Positions 40,757 to 55,259 are shown, counted from the stretch's first letter. The stretch is DNA of 64,000 nucleotides from Octopus vulgaris (GCA_951406725.2 OX597821.1:15500001-15564000), one strand, 5' to 3'. Numbers and translations are program-made. Notes: generated from the letters alone by a model not told the origin.

Positions 40757-40775
40757 ATATAAATATATGCATATA

Positions 40776-40832
<57 letters not shown>

Positions 40833-40833
40833 T

Positions 40834-40911
<78 letters not shown>

Positions 40912-41067
40912 CTACACGGTAATCAATCTCGTCTACGACAACATAGAATTTAATTTCCTGAATTTTAAACATAATTGTTAAAACAACAAAAAGTTTAGAT
41001 AGTGATTAGATGTAGGTGGTACATATATATATATACATATATATATATATCTGTGTGCATGTATATG

Positions 41068-41099
<32 letters not shown>

Positions 41100-41214
41100 T
41101 AGATAGATAGATAGATAGATAAAGAGATAGATAGAGAGATAGATAGATATCCAAAACGGTGGTAATGATGAAGATAAATATACATATATAGATACATAAA
41201 AATGTGTATATGCA

Positions 41215-41310
41215 CAAACACATACGCAAACACTCACACATACGAAAACATACACACATACGCAAACATACACACATATGCAAACATACACATACGCAAA
41301 CACACACACA
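41215..41310. repeat. 18-bp minisatellite (acatacgcaaacatacac)
   Basis: About 5 degenerate units. Confidence 0.8.
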
Positions 41311-41360
41311 TGTACCCGTAGCTCATGCTATTTACAGGTGTGCGTGTTTGTGCATGTATG

Positions 41361-41428
<68 letters not shown>

Positions 41429-41559
41429 TAAATGTATGTATATACATACATATATATATAGACACATATACATACATATTGTAGTGAGGGAGAAATAATG
41501 ATGTGGGAGTGAGAAACAGATTAGAATGGAAATAAACTGGTTTAATAAACATGAGGATA

Positions 41560-41635
41560 ACGATGATGATGACGACGACGACGACGACGACGATGATGAT
41601 GATGAGGATGATGATGATGATGATTATTATGATGA
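41560..41635. repeat. (GAT)n/(GAC)n trinucleotide repeat
   Basis: Direct reading. Confidence 0.95.
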
Positions 41636-42997
41636 AAGAGATGATAATGATTGATTATTTATTTGTAGAAATGGAGATATAACCGAGTTGAATGTTTGCA
41701 CGGCAGATTATTACTATTTGTGTTATGTTGATGATGGCGATTTGAATTTTTGCATAAATGGAGCTAGAAGCATACGTTGTTACAAACACACTTGCTAATT
41801 GATTGAATGAATGCTATTAATATTACTACCACGAGTAATACTTAAGCCACCATATCATATGCAACTTGCTGGAAATAAAATTTCTAAATTTACATCTAAT
41901 TCACTTGGTGTGGATTAATAGAGACGGCCATTTCCCTGCAAGCCAGCAAATATTTGTCTTTCGATCAATCTAGAGTGTGTAGCAACGGGCTATCTACTGT
42001 GCAATGCACCTAGCTACCACACCTTGAATTTAATAATATCTTAGTTAATTAGTCTGGTATTATAGAGGGCTATTTATAATAATGCTTTAATTTGATTGAC
42101 ACGCGGTCAAATTTTTTTTGTTTGGTTTGTTATGTAAAGGACAAACACCATCCGATTACATTAACCTCAGACTTCTACCGGTAGGCTTTTATCGGACAAG
42201 GATCCGGTTCGTGACACAAAACTATGCTACAGGGAACAATAAATCTTGAAGTATTCAGGCTGATGATTTAATATGATTCATCTCTAAATTCACAATGCAA
42301 AACTGCACTAAGAGCTATGCAATATATCCAAGAATTACATTACATTATTGCAAAAGAAAGAAAAAAGGACGAAGAACCTCAACGAGCAAGGTTTGTAAAG
42401 AGAGCGAACATACTTTAATTCACGTGATGGAGTTTAGGGTTTGGCAAGTTAGAAAGTTTAGGGCGAAATAGTATTTGTTTTAAGTCAATACCGCCATCAT
42501 GTCTTCTTATTGCAAACATCATTAAAAAGTACATTACTGGAACACGTGCATAATAACTCGATTTATGGTCATAGGTACTGAAGAAATAAATGTCTTATAA
42601 ACTAATTTCTTCTTTAATGCACCCACCTAACAACAATACTATATGCATTGACTGCAAAATCCAGCGTAGTCATGCCTGTACGAACAGTACAAAGTGTAAT
42701 ATAAATGCATTTATACAACAAACGTGCATTCATAATAAATATGTGCGTATGCGCCTGCGGGCAATTGTGTGTATGTGTAAGTGCGAAGGGGAATATGTAG
42801 GTACAAAGGTAGGTAGATTTCGAACAGGTGATCGTATAACAAGTACATGAACGAATTCATTGATACACAGTAACGATACTTGATGTTTTGCTGTCGTGTA
42901 AGATGAACGTGGTTAGACATTACGGGTCTCGGCTAGTCAAAGGAGACACTTCTCAAAACAGTCAAGAGTTACAAGTTTATATGTGTATGTGTGTATG

Positions 42998-43059
<62 letters not shown>

Positions 43060-43067
43060 AAATTTAT

Positions 43068-43235
43068 AAAAAAAATCCAAAAGACGAAGACAGGTGTATG
43101 AACAACAAACAGGTGTATTAGTTTACGCTCGGAAAAATGAAAAAGACTTACGTTTCGAGCCAGCGCTCTTCAACAGAAAGGAATACAAGAAACTAAAGAG
43201 AGAGAATGAAAAAAAAATGTATATCTAGCAGTCAA
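43068..43235 (-). mobile_element. Penelope-like terminal fragment (second subfamily) with variant hammerhead 43147-43180
   Basis: Reverse complement CTTT-CTGTTGA-A-GAGC-GCTG-GCTC-GAA-ACGT-AAG. Flanked by microsatellites. Confidence 0.6.
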
Positions 43236-43667
43236 GAATATATATATGTATATATATATATATATATATAAAGAAAGTTAGAGGTTGTGAATCCAACCCA
43301 CTAAGGGATAATATCTATCCAATATACTGCTAGCAAAATGCCCAATTATTAATACACAAGTGTTTTTTATTGCATTGCATTTACAATACCTAGTGTACTA
43401 AATAGGTGAAGGTAAAGAGATATTTTACCATTAATTTATAAAGCAATAAGAAAATGGAGGGGATCAATATGTGTTTCATAAAATTTTAGACCTTATATAA
43501 TGTTAACGTATTTATTTATTTACTAAACTGATAATTACAATAATATACATATATATAACATTATGCTTTACATATAAGATATAAAAAATAGTAATTTATA
43601 AGGATACCAGTAATTATTATAAAATAACAAAAATGAATTCATGTTTGTTAGTTTATAATATAGAGGA

Positions 43668-43992
43668 CTTGCGCAAGTGTCTTCTGCTATAGCCTCGGGC
43701 TGACTAAAACCTTGTGAGTGGATTTAATAGACAGAAATAGAAAGAAGCCTGTCGTTTATGTGTGTGTGTGCTAGTGTGTTTGTCCCGCCCATCACTGCTT
43801 GACAACTGGTGTTGGTGTGTTTATGTCCCTGCAAACTAGCGGCCCAGGAAAAGAAATTGATAGAATAAGTACTTGGCTTAAAAAACGAAAGTCCTGAGGT
43901 TGATTTGTGCGACCAAAACACTTGAAAGCGGTGCTCCAAGATGGCTGCAGTGAAATGACTGAGACAAATAAAGGAATAAAAACTAAAAGAAT
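43668..43992 (+). mobile_element. SINE family A variant, 5' truncated
   Basis: caagtgtcttctgctatagcctcggg...gcggtgctccaagatggctgcagtgaaatgactga. Confidence 0.85.
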
Positions 43993-44464
43993 ACACACAA
44001 CTATGTTCATATGCTCAAAGGAAGGACGAGAGCAGAATGAGTAATGTAAAAATGCATACGCTGGTAAAAAGATGGGGACCGAATTAAAAATTTCTTCGAA
44101 ACACATGAAAGACAAACATGATAAAAATATTAATATAATGTGTAAATATACACAGGTAGATATTAAAATATTTCAATAAAATTTAGTTGAAATATAGCGT
44201 GTCGATTCGACAAGTCATGAAATGATTTCTTCCTTTTCTGCCTTCATATATATGTCTTTGCGTACATTTATTCGGTGATAAATGTTATGCACCAATACAT
44301 ACGTACATAACTTATGAATCTGCCTACATAAGTATCTATCTACACATCACATGGATACACGCTCACACACTTATATATAAAAGAGTTTGTACAAACGTAT
44401 ACATTTACCAAGCTTTATAGACCCACAATACATACACACGTTCATATACACTGATGCATACGTG

Positions 44465-44476
44465 CACACACACACA

Positions 44477-44540
<64 letters not shown>

Positions 44541-44694
44541 TATATATACATATATATATACATATATATATGTATATATATACATATATATATATATATA
44601 TACATATATACATATATATATACATATATATATATATACATATATACATATATATATATATATACATATATACGTATATATATATACACATATA

Positions 44695-44744
<50 letters not shown>

Positions 44745-44835
44745 CATACATACACACACACATATATATATATATTTATATACATTAGCATACAGCCAAA
44801 TAAATTATTATATATATATATAAATATATATATAT
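44465..44835. repeat. CA/TA/CATA microsatellite field
   Basis: Direct reading. Confidence 0.95.
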
Positions 44836-45545
44836 CAGCATATAAATTTACGTACATTCATGTGTACATAGATACGTATGTATTCACCGCGTTTGAGTGT
44901 GTTCGCGCGCAACTGTATGTGTCTAGGTATGTGTGCGTCTGCGTGACTGTGTTTAATATCGCTCACATCAATTTTTTACCTACAATATAAAATTTTCAAC
45001 TATACATCATTCTTGCATACACTATATTCATACAACCACAGTTACAATGTTTCCGCTTTCACACAGAAACATTTAACATTCATAAATCTTCATAGTCATC
45101 TTACACGCACACTTCTCCCTATTGCTCTGATGCGGTTTATTCCGTTCCCTATATTTTTCTAGTTATTCACTCTATCACTTTCTCTTGTTTCTCCACTTCG
45201 TATCCTTCTCATCACATTCTTTCCCATTATCAGTATAAGGCATATTCTGTTATTAGTTTTAGTCACAAGATTTCGGCGAGCTGTTTCCTAGTGATTGTCG
45301 CATCGGTTACTCTTAGTTTCCAATTTATGCCTGTAATTTATTCTATGCACCTTTTTTTCCCCGAGCCATAAAGTTACGGGGACACATACACATGCAGAAT
45401 TATGCTTATATACTAATATACACATAAACGCGTGCGCGCGCACATACAAGATGTGATGAGCAGAAACTAAGAAAAGAACAAAATAGGAAGTATATATTTA
45501 AGGTAAATTGTTAGTGATATAACGCTTCCTGGAAGTCAAAGATAA

Positions 45546-45579
45546 ACCAACGTTTCGGATGCTAGTCCGTCATCAGAAT
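45546..45579 (-). ncRNA. Minimal type I hammerhead ribozyme motif (PLE type)
   Basis: ATT-CTGATGA-C-GGA-CTAGCA-TCC-GAA-ACGT-T-GGT. The core is intact, stem III is the palindrome ACGT, and stem I is weak. Confidence 0.6.
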
Positions 45580-45892
45580 AGAAAGAGATGGTAGGTGAAA
45601 TGGGGTATGAATGGTAGAGAGAAAAATTTAAGGACCAGTTGGGAAGGAGATAGTTAGCGAGGTGGAGGTAGGGTGGAGTGTGCATGTACATGAGAGAATC
45701 CATGGATGGATATAGCCACCGGGGACGGTTTGTGTGTGTGTGTGTGTGTCACGAGTGGTGAAAATGATTTCTTTCGTGTGTAGTGATGTGGAAGTATGGG
45801 AAGTGTAGTGATGTGGGGCAGGCGGCAGAGGGATGGTAGGTGAGAATTTAACATAAATTATATATATATATATTATATATATATATATGTGT

Positions 45893-46283
45893 AGGCGTAG
45901 GAGTGGCTGTGTGGTAAGTAGCTTGCTTACGAACCACATGATTCCGGGTTCAGTCCCACTGCGTGGCACCTTGGGCAAGTGTCTTCTACTTTAGCCTCGT
46001 GCCGACCAAAGCCTTGTGAGTGGATTTGGTAGACGGAAACTGAAAGAAGCCCGTCGTATATATGTATATATATATATGTGTGTATGTTTGTGTGTTGTGT
46101 TTGTCCCCCCAACATCGCTTGACAACTGATGCTGGTCTGTTGGCGTCCCCGTAACTTAGCGGTTCGGCAAAATAGACCGATAGAATAAGTACTGGGCTTA
46201 CAAAGAATAAGTTCTGGGGTCGATTTTCTCGACTAAAGGCGGTGCTCCAGCATGGCCACAGTCAAATGACTGAAACAAGTAAA

Positions 46284-46287
<4 letters not shown>
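45893..46287 (+). mobile_element. SINE family A, full length
   Basis: Matches the other copies end to end. Inserted in (TA)n. Confidence 0.95.
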
Positions 46288-46340
<53 letters not shown>

Positions 46341-47266
46341 CCAAGGGTTTGAAACAGTTTTTCGCTACGAAATTTGGTCAGAAAGTATTCCTCGTTCCGA
46401 AGCCATAGCAGAAGTTATTTGCCAAAAGTTCTGTGTATTTCATAGCTACACACCCATATTTCCTCCTACGTTACGGTTGTGTATTTTATCTAACAATTTG
46501 CATTCAATGAAATTTTGGAATTCCACATACAGGAGACCAAAATTTCATGCAATGAATATTCTCCTTGGTTTCGATATTTATAAATTGAATGATCAATCAT
46601 AGGTAGTATGACCGGCTTCGAGGTGTTGTATTTGAGGAAAATATTGTGTTCTCATTTGTACGTTGCTGCATTGTCTGGGTATGTGTATATCTCTTTGTTT
46701 GCAAAAGATATGAATGTTGAAGTCTCCAAGATCAAATACGCTGTTAAGAAGTATTAGTTGAAAAAAGAAACCTTGTGAATTTACTCTGGGGGATAAGGAT
46801 TAGGTTGTGGTAGATTAGAAATTTGAGCTGTAGAATTTGTTGTTTGAAAACCGATAAGCGTTATGAATTTGTGTCATGAATCTAGGAGGCTAAATTGGTT
46901 ACTAATTTTTTTAAATAGGAATGGGGCACATAAGGTTGAACAGAAAGGCATAAGATGCGAGATAGAGTACGTGTAGGTAAGGGAAACAGAGAATTTGAGT
47001 GCTAGGAGTAAGGTCCAAACAGTAAGATAAGTTTTACACAAAAAGTTACAACGCGATGCAGATAATCTCCTCACCTATATACAGACCCACAGGCACACAC
47101 AATTCATTGTAAAGTAAATATATGTATTCCAATAGGAATAGACACACATACACACGCACACGCACACACTGATGTGTAAATGTACGTATATATGTGCGTT
47201 TGTATGTGTATGTATATATATGTGTATGCATATATATGTATATATCTATACATGTATGTATGTATG

Positions 47267-47310
<44 letters not shown>

Positions 47311-47334
47311 TACCTGTGTATATATATATATATT

Positions 47335-47381
<47 letters not shown>

Positions 47382-47391
47382 GCAGGAGGAC

Positions 47392-47430
<39 letters not shown>

Positions 47431-47657
47431 GTACTGAGCAATATAATATTATTAGATTGGAAATATAGCATCTTCTGTTTGTAACATATTCTCATAGGGA
47501 AGTTTTAAAACTACTAGATAACACAAGCACACAACTAGACAGGCATGTATATATGTGTATGTATGTGTGTGTGTGTGTGGTGTGAGTACAGACATAGAGA
47601 TAGGTAGATAGATAGATAGATAGACAGATAGATGTATATATATATATATATATACAT

Positions 47658-47759
<102 letters not shown>

Positions 47760-48113
47760 ATAGTGAGAAGAGAGAGAGATGCAGCAAGATACATACATAA
47801 TATTATTAATAAAATATTAATGGATTAACTCTAACCAAATTTTTTATTAGAAAAATCTTTGTTATTGAAGGTGACAAAACCGCAAAAAGATTATAGTCTT
47901 TCTGTATTTCATCATTCCATAAAATATATTATTTTCATAAAGAAATATAATGTTTATCACTTCAGGATTTATTTTCTTTAGTCTGTTATTAGTAATTTTG
48001 TACTGTCATATACATAAATAATGTTATCACCGCGAAGGAATTTCCATATTCTGTTATCCGCTTTATATGGAAGTATATATACTCGCACGAATACACACAT
48101 ATATATATATAAA

Positions 48114-48407
48114 GGGAGCACTCCGTTGCTTGCGACGACGAGGATCCCAGCTGATACGATGAACGGAGAAGCTTGCTCGTGAATACTCATAACGTAGTTC
48201 TCGGGGAGATTCAGCGTGACACAGACTGTGACAGGGCTGGCCCTTTGAAATACAGGCACAACTCATTTTTGCGAGCTGAGTGGACTGGAGAAACGTGAAA
48301 TAAAGTGTCTTGCTCAAGGACTCAACGTGCCGCCGAGAATTGAAAATTGAACGCACGACCTTATGATCATGAGTGGAATGACCCTAACCACTAAGCCACG
48401 TGGCCTC
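48114..48407 (-). mobile_element. tRNA-derived SINE, head B with tail 2
   Basis: The head matches 5957 (tggcttagtggttagggt...tcatgatcataag...gtccactcagct). The tail matches 26615 (cctgtatttcaaagggcc...ccccgagaactacgtta...cggagtgct). Confidence 0.85.
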
Positions 48408-48423
48408 ACACATATATAACGCA

Positions 48424-48492
<69 letters not shown>

Positions 48493-49264
48493 GGGTGGAG
48501 TGAGAGAGTGGCATGTATGTATATATGTATTACTTATCTACACACACACGCATATTTATACAAAGGCATATATCCTTATAAATACACACATACAATTTTA
48601 AATATATATGTATGAAGCAGTAGCAGTTGTAGTAGTGGTAGTAGTGGTAATAATAGTAGTATGATGATGATGATGATGACGAGGACTAAGAAATGAAGCG
48701 TAGAAGAAAAGTAGTAGAGGAGTAACACGAGGAATGGTTTGACAAGAACTAAACAATATTTTCCTGGAATATAATTCGCAATACGTATTGCTAGAAGCCA
48801 AATTAAACTGATGAAGGCAATACAAGGAAGAAACAATTCGTAAATATCATATACTATAATTTCTTGCTACATCTCTAAGTCTATCCTCACTATTGGTTTG
48901 AATCATAAAGACCTAATTCACTAGTTATCCATTATCCTATATACTTGGTCATTTGTAACTCATTTTTCAATATATTTATGAAAACAGTAACCCAATCATA
49001 TTGACCAGCAGGCATATAAACCCTGAGAGAAAATATTTAATCATATTAATTTCCATTTCTTGCTGAGAACATGTCCAATATTTGTGGGGATGAGCAATTA
49101 TCGGTTGAATACTGCATGCATTTTTATCAATTGCAGCTTTGTGAAATGAGAAGTCACCAAAGGGATCTTCCTCTATCTTGGTATGTATGTGTGTACAGCC
49201 TACTCGGACATACATGCGCAAACAAAAGATATACATACATATGCTCGCATATATATTTATGCAT

Positions 49265-50104
49265 CTGTAGTAGGCCAGCTGATGGTAGCACACGGTTGCG
49301 TGGTCAGTGAGAGTTTGCAGACAACCTTCATGAAGCAGTGTGCCGTGTGACATCGCTGTGTTTACTTCGCAAGTTGTTGAAATTTGTGCTTTTGTGGTCA
49401 CGTATATGCTGTAGTCTGCGATATTATCGTGGACAGGAACAAAGATCCAATGTGAGATTTTGCGTTAAACTCGGGAATTCTGCTACAAAGACATTGAAAG
49501 TGCTTTGTGAAGCTTACGGCCACGAGGCAATGGACCGTAGGTAATGTTTGGAGTGGTACAGGTGCTTCAAAAGCGAAAGAACATTTCTGGAAGAGGTTTC
49601 TGGAAGACCTACAACGTGCATCACGACTGGAGATGCGGCATTGTGCACCAAATATGCTACCCCCATGTGCTAGACCGTCAATGGAAAGTTCTACAGCGAC
49701 GTTTCGAAGCATCTGAGGGAGGACATTTGGCGAAAGCGACCGGATCCGTGGAGGGCGAAGAATTAGATTCTTCACGGCGAAAATGCACCCTGTCACCAAG
49801 TTCTCGCTAAAAACACAGGGTATCATTTCAGCACCTGTCCTATTCGCTAGATGTAGAACCTGCGGAATTTCGTCTCTTCTCCAAAGATCGCCGTTTTAAT
49901 AACGTTTTCGAGATCCAGAGCGAATCGCAGAAGGTACTCGACTCGCTTACAGGAAACAACTCCCAGGCAGGTTTACGAAAGTGGCACGGACGCTGGGATG
50001 AGAGTAATGCTGCGCAAGGTGACTTTTTCGAAGGAGATGATGTTGAAACTAATATATTTGTTATTAAACATAATTTTTTCGAGAAACTCTTGATACCATA
50101 TGTA
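49265..50104 (+). mobile_element. Internally deleted mariner relic
   Basis: EQRSNVRFCVKLGNSATKTLKVLCEAYGHEAM (mariner N-terminal HTH), LHGENAP, YSLDVEPAEF (YSPDLAP-like), and a TIR-like end gaaactcttgataccatatgta. Confidence 0.8.
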
Positions 50105-50259
50105 TGTATATATGTATGAGTGTGGGTGCGTGTGTGTATAGATACCTGCAGGATATATACACATGTATGTATACATATAATTAATTGTACAAGCACATAC
50201 ATATTTATAAGCATATACTAGTGTTTGTATACACATGCACATATATACGTATGTATACG

Positions 50260-50291
<32 letters not shown>

Positions 50292-50294
50292 GAT

Positions 50295-50470
<176 letters not shown>

Positions 50471-51254
50471 CATGGTACATAGACTGAAAGGTCATATACC
50501 TCTATATGCATATACAAATTTCTATACACATAGATATTGTGTACACGTGGAAATGCGTTTGTGTATATAAACATATATACGTGTGTGTGTGTATGTGAGT
50601 ATATATATTTGTGTGCATCGTGTGTATAGTGAGGTGTATTTCTCCAAGGAATTAAAACAATACCATTAGCCATCAAATGTGTGAATCCAGCCAGACGTCC
50701 TATTCATCTTGGTTGGAGACTTTTGTGGCACAACTCCCAGTGGAGATCCACGCCACAAAATAAATAAAGGTTAACTGAACAATCTTTCTTTTAGCTTGAT
50801 GTATCCTTATAATGTATTCAACATGTGAAAATGGTGCAATTAGTTTTAAAGCTACCGCTCCTGATGCTCTTTGCAATACCATATGTCCCGTGGTGATTAT
50901 TAATATCATATAAAATATTTGCGGGCGCGATAGGATATCATCATCTTATTTAGGTGGTAGGCGTTGGTTTATTAAGTTTATTAAGTAATACTTATATTTT
51001 GAGATTATAAACCATGCTATTATTGAACTCGATACGTCTATCGATCTTTTAAATGACAGGCTTCAAAATTATTACAGTTAAAAACAGGAATTATCATCGT
51101 TGGTTAAAAAAAAAAAGGATATTTAATATATGACTGATATCTCAAAGCATATGTTTATATGCTTTAACAGTATCAGGGTACGAGTTTCGTATCAGAGCAA
51201 GCTATATACTTTTAAGTAGCTTGTGTCGAATTATTTATATAATCCTTTATACTG

Positions 51255-51412
51255 AAGGCACAAGGCCTTGAAATTTTGGTGAAGGCGTCTAATCGATTAC
51301 ATCGACCGCAGCGATTCATTGGTACTTAATTTATCGACCGCGACATAATGCAAGGCAAAGTCGACTAAGCACTTCGTCCGGCGTGCTAACGATTCTGTCA
51401 GCTCGACACCTT
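51255..51412 (-). mobile_element. Family D SINE with internal deletion and the alternative tail
   Basis: ggcacaaggccttgaaatttt...ggtacttaatttatcgac...aaggcaaagtcgac...gctaacgattctg. Confidence 0.75.
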
Positions 51413-52141
51413 AAAACTGTTTATATAATAGCTACTATTATAGCCTTGCTAAATATAGTGAAACATTCAAACATATATGGAATTTAAACACTGTTCAATG
51501 TCTAAATCCAAGTGAGGTCAACTTACCCTTTCATTGTTTCGGATTGTATAAAAATGGTTCGAATCAACTGCTAGAGTGGGGGATTAAGCGTCATGATATC
51601 TGTTCTAGCTGTTAGTATCCCACAGCTCGGCTTACGAGAATACTTTTGTTAAGCAGCATCAGCTCAAAGGCGACAGTTCTTCCCGCGGACAATATCGCTG
51701 GTGAGAGAGGCTTGCATGCTTGGGCAAATGCAAGAGTTCCGTAAGAAAAATAAACATTCCAAAGCCAATACATCTGAGCAGATAAATGGTGAGACTTGAT
51801 CGACGATATAATGGGAGTTAAATTGAAAGTTAGAATTATGGAGCAATGGAACCATATTATAGCAGAAAAGGCACTACGAAATATATGTAGCGGAAGGCGA
51901 TACAATTATAGTAAAATAGAAGAGCATAGGCTCAGTTACACAAAAGAGGCACTACCTAGGTGCGATAGAACATGGTACGATATTGCAGAATAACAAACAC
52001 CTAATTAATGGTATTGGATGGAGAAAATTTACAGTTACAAAATCTTCTTTAATAGAAGTGTCTGTGTTCATATTTTAAAATTAACAGGAACAATATTTCT
52101 TTGTTAATATCATATTCTTAGATGACTGTCATTAAGGTAAT

Positions 52142-52174
<33 letters not shown>

Positions 52175-52380
52175 GACCGCGTGTGTACCGTTGGTGATTT
52201 TTCCCTCCGTCGTCCCTTCTCTGGATCTTTCTTTTTCCTATGTTTCTGACGAAGAGCTCCGCTCGAAACGTAAAACCCTCCTTCTTCCCTTGCTTCCTGA
52301 GCGTCCAATAATACTATATTTGTTCCACGTCCTCGCGTTGTTGTGTTTTCTTTTTGTGTTTTTCATGTTTGGATTAACTT
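52175..52380 (+). mobile_element. Penelope-like ~200-bp terminal fragment inserted in (TA)n
   Basis: Three colinear copies in the window (27233, 31384, 52175). This one contains an intact hammerhead core. Confidence 0.75.
52242..52276 (+). ncRNA. Minimal type I hammerhead ribozyme motif
   Basis: GTTT-CTGACGA-A-GAGC-TCC-GCTC-GAA-ACGT-A-AAAC. Stem I GTTT/AAAC, stem II GAGC/GCTC, palindromic stem III ACGT, cleavage triplet GUA. Confidence 0.75.
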
Positions 52381-52405
52381 TATATATATATATATATATA
52401 TATAT

Positions 52406-52800
52406 AGTGGCTGTGTGGTAAGTAGCTTGTTTACCAACCACATGGTTCCGGGTTCATTCCCACTGCGTGGCACCTTGGGCAACTGTCTTCTACTATAGCC
52501 TCGGGCCGACCAAAGCCTTGTGAGTGGATTTGGTAGACGGAAACTGAAAGAAGCCCGTCGTATATATGTATATATATGTATGTGCGTGTATGTTTGTGTG
52601 TCTGTGTTTGTCCCCCTAGCATTGCTTGACAACTGATGCTGATGTGTTTATGTCTCCGTCACTTAGCGGTTCGGCAAAAGAGACCGATAGAATAAGTACT
52701 AGGCTTACAAAGAATAAGTCCCGGGGTCGAGTTGCTCGATTAAAGGCGGTGCTCCAGCATGGCCGCAGTCAAAATGACTGAAACAAGTAAAAAAAAAAAA
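52406..52800 (+). mobile_element. SINE family A, near full length
   Basis: Matches the other copies. (TA)n on both flanks. Confidence 0.95.
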
Positions 52801-52904
52801 TATATATATATATATATATACGCGTATGTTATAACTTACACACACATACACACACACACATATATATATGCATATAGGTATGCTATCATATATAAGAAGG
52901 ATAA

Positions 52905-53085
52905 AGATACCCTTCGATTATCAATGACCTTGGCATTGTACCTAGAAAGTTACTCTCCAAGGCACAATTCCGGGCAAGGTTGTTTATAGAAGACCAGCAG
53001 CCACCCATGCATAGCAGCCCCCTCTCTCCACACCACTGATGTCGTTCAAGGGGTAAAGGAAACGCCGATACAGTTTGGTATGAGT
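52905..53085 (-). mobile_element. Tail-4 fragment (as in the SINE at 32392)
   Basis: acctagaaagttac...gaagaccagcag...tctccac is the reverse complement of about 32535-32715. Confidence 0.75.
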
Positions 53086-54611
53086 GTTATATTAGATACT
53101 TACCTACCTACATAGATACATTCATCATATATATACATATGTACGCACCTAATCATACACATCTATCTATCTATCTATCTATCCATCTATCTATCTATCT
53201 CTCTATATATTTACAGAGAAAGAGAGAGTGAGAGAGAGTAAATTTGTGAGCTTATTTACATTTCACAATATCGTAAGAAAAAAAAGGGACTCTATACCGG
53301 GTATATTTCCAAAAGGATAATTAAAAACAAACACCATTAATTTAGTGCAGCCATCGCTCTAAGTCTGATTTATACAAGTATTACATTCAACAAAAACTCC
53401 TCTAGATCATCCACCGTTAAAAAAACATAAGTATTACGGACTATCATGGCGCCTACAACGAAGATTAAAGTTATTGATCATCTACAACGGAAGCCAGTTC
53501 TGGTCCATTTGCCAGAGGCTACATCTACAGCGGAACGAAACATCTTTTTAAATAATTGTTAAATTGCAAGGCGCCTTACAAAGCCGTTTTTGCACCAAAG
53601 GTGTCTATTTATGGAGTCAATGTACTGCTCGACATGATCAATTGATTGTGTTAACGAGCAATTTCTGACGGACTCTAAAAGAAATGCTACAAGGAAATAG
53701 GCATGAAGGCTTGTTTTGTCTGGACGCATAAGCTATGCGCGTGAGCACATAAGCTTCCATATACGCGCATAAATATGCACATACAAACTTGAATATACAC
53801 ATAAAACTACAAACACACGAACAGTATGAGATCAAATATCAATGTTATCGTTAACGGACAACTATACACAAACACACACACACACACACACATATATATA
53901 TGCATGAATGTGTATATCTTTGTTACGTAAATTCAACATTTCTCGCACATGATAACGCACTCACACACACACACCCTTATGTATATTTTTGTATCCACTG
54001 TAAATCTAAATATCTTTTGTTGTTTTTCTCACCCTAATGTTCTCTCATAACTCTTCTACTCCCTGTCAATTGCAATATTTATTTTGTTATTTCGACTGTT
54101 ATACTCGTCTTTGTTAGTATTATGAACGACAGCAACAAATATCTTTTGATTGCCCATACGAATATACGTGTTTGTTTTCGCGCGTGTGTGTGTGTGTGTG
54201 TGTGTGTGCAGACGTATATCCCGATACATCTATATAATTATATCACTAATCATGCATATATAAATCTATCTATATGCACGTGTGTGTGTATGGGTACCTG
54301 TGTGGTGCGCGTGTTTTTTATGTATGGATGAATGTACGTATCCAATATGAAGTAGATGTGATATCAAAGTCTAGTAATTGCGGTGTGTTATTACTTGTTT
54401 GGGATATTAATGAAAGTCTCCCAAACAGAAGTATTAAACATACAATCTTGATGGACAATTTCTTGATTCACTTTCCATTTCATATTTGCTTACCTCCTTA
54501 TTCTACTAGATTTGTTATTTGAACTAATGACGATAGTATTCGAAACGATGATGGTTCTAGTGAATGCTTCTTGATTGACTGTTAAATGAAATAAACCTTT
54601 CTACTAATCAT

Positions 54612-54703
54612 GAAAGGCAAATTTGAACTCAGAAAGTAGCGACGGACGAAATACCACTTAACATTTCATCCAGCGTGCTAACGATTCGGCCAGCTCTCCG
54701 CCT
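54612..54703 (-). mobile_element. Family D SINE head fragment
   Basis: Reverse complement aggcggagagctggccgaatcgttagcacgctgg...ctgagttcaaatt. Confidence 0.7.
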
Positions 54704-55053
54704 TTGTTAAATGACATAATGATAAAAACAAAAGGCTTCTTATGTATACAGTACAATGAAATGCAGTGGTATTTACGGTGTGGTATCTATACACAGCAAT
54801 GTCACTCAGACTTTTGACAGTAAAGTTATTATTCACTGGCATATAAAACCGTTCAAGCAAAATAGAAAGAAAATATATACGAGTTAAAAGAATTGAGTTT
54901 TTCTTCTTTGACCACTCTATCAGCTGCTTGCTTGCTGTAAACACCCACGTTTAAGCTTTATACTTGAAGTAAAATAGAAAACTCTGTACGTCTAATACAA
55001 GTTTTAAGGGGACTACAAATATCTGCCAGTGGCTGATGGAATTATATTTCAAT

Positions 55054-55259
55054 ACTCTTTTACTCTTTTACCTGTTTCACTTGACTGCGACCATGCTAGA
55101 GCACCGCCTTTAGTAGAGCAAATCGACCCCAGGACTTATTCTTTGTAAGCCTAGTACTTATTCTATCGGTCTCTTTTGCCGAACCGCTAAGTTACGGGGA
55201 CGCCAACACACCAGCATCGGTTGTCAAGCGATGTTGGGGGGACAAACACAGACACACAA

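Noticed and set aside
50720-50760. Hairpin TTTTGTGGC...GCCACAAAA containing CAGTG (IRE-like)
   Set aside because: The 5-bp upper stem and C bulge required for an IRE do not form around CAGTGN.
53446-53562. 38-aa ORF MAPTTKIKVIDHLQRKP... in good Kozak context
   Set aside because: Too short, with no family resemblance; expected by chance.
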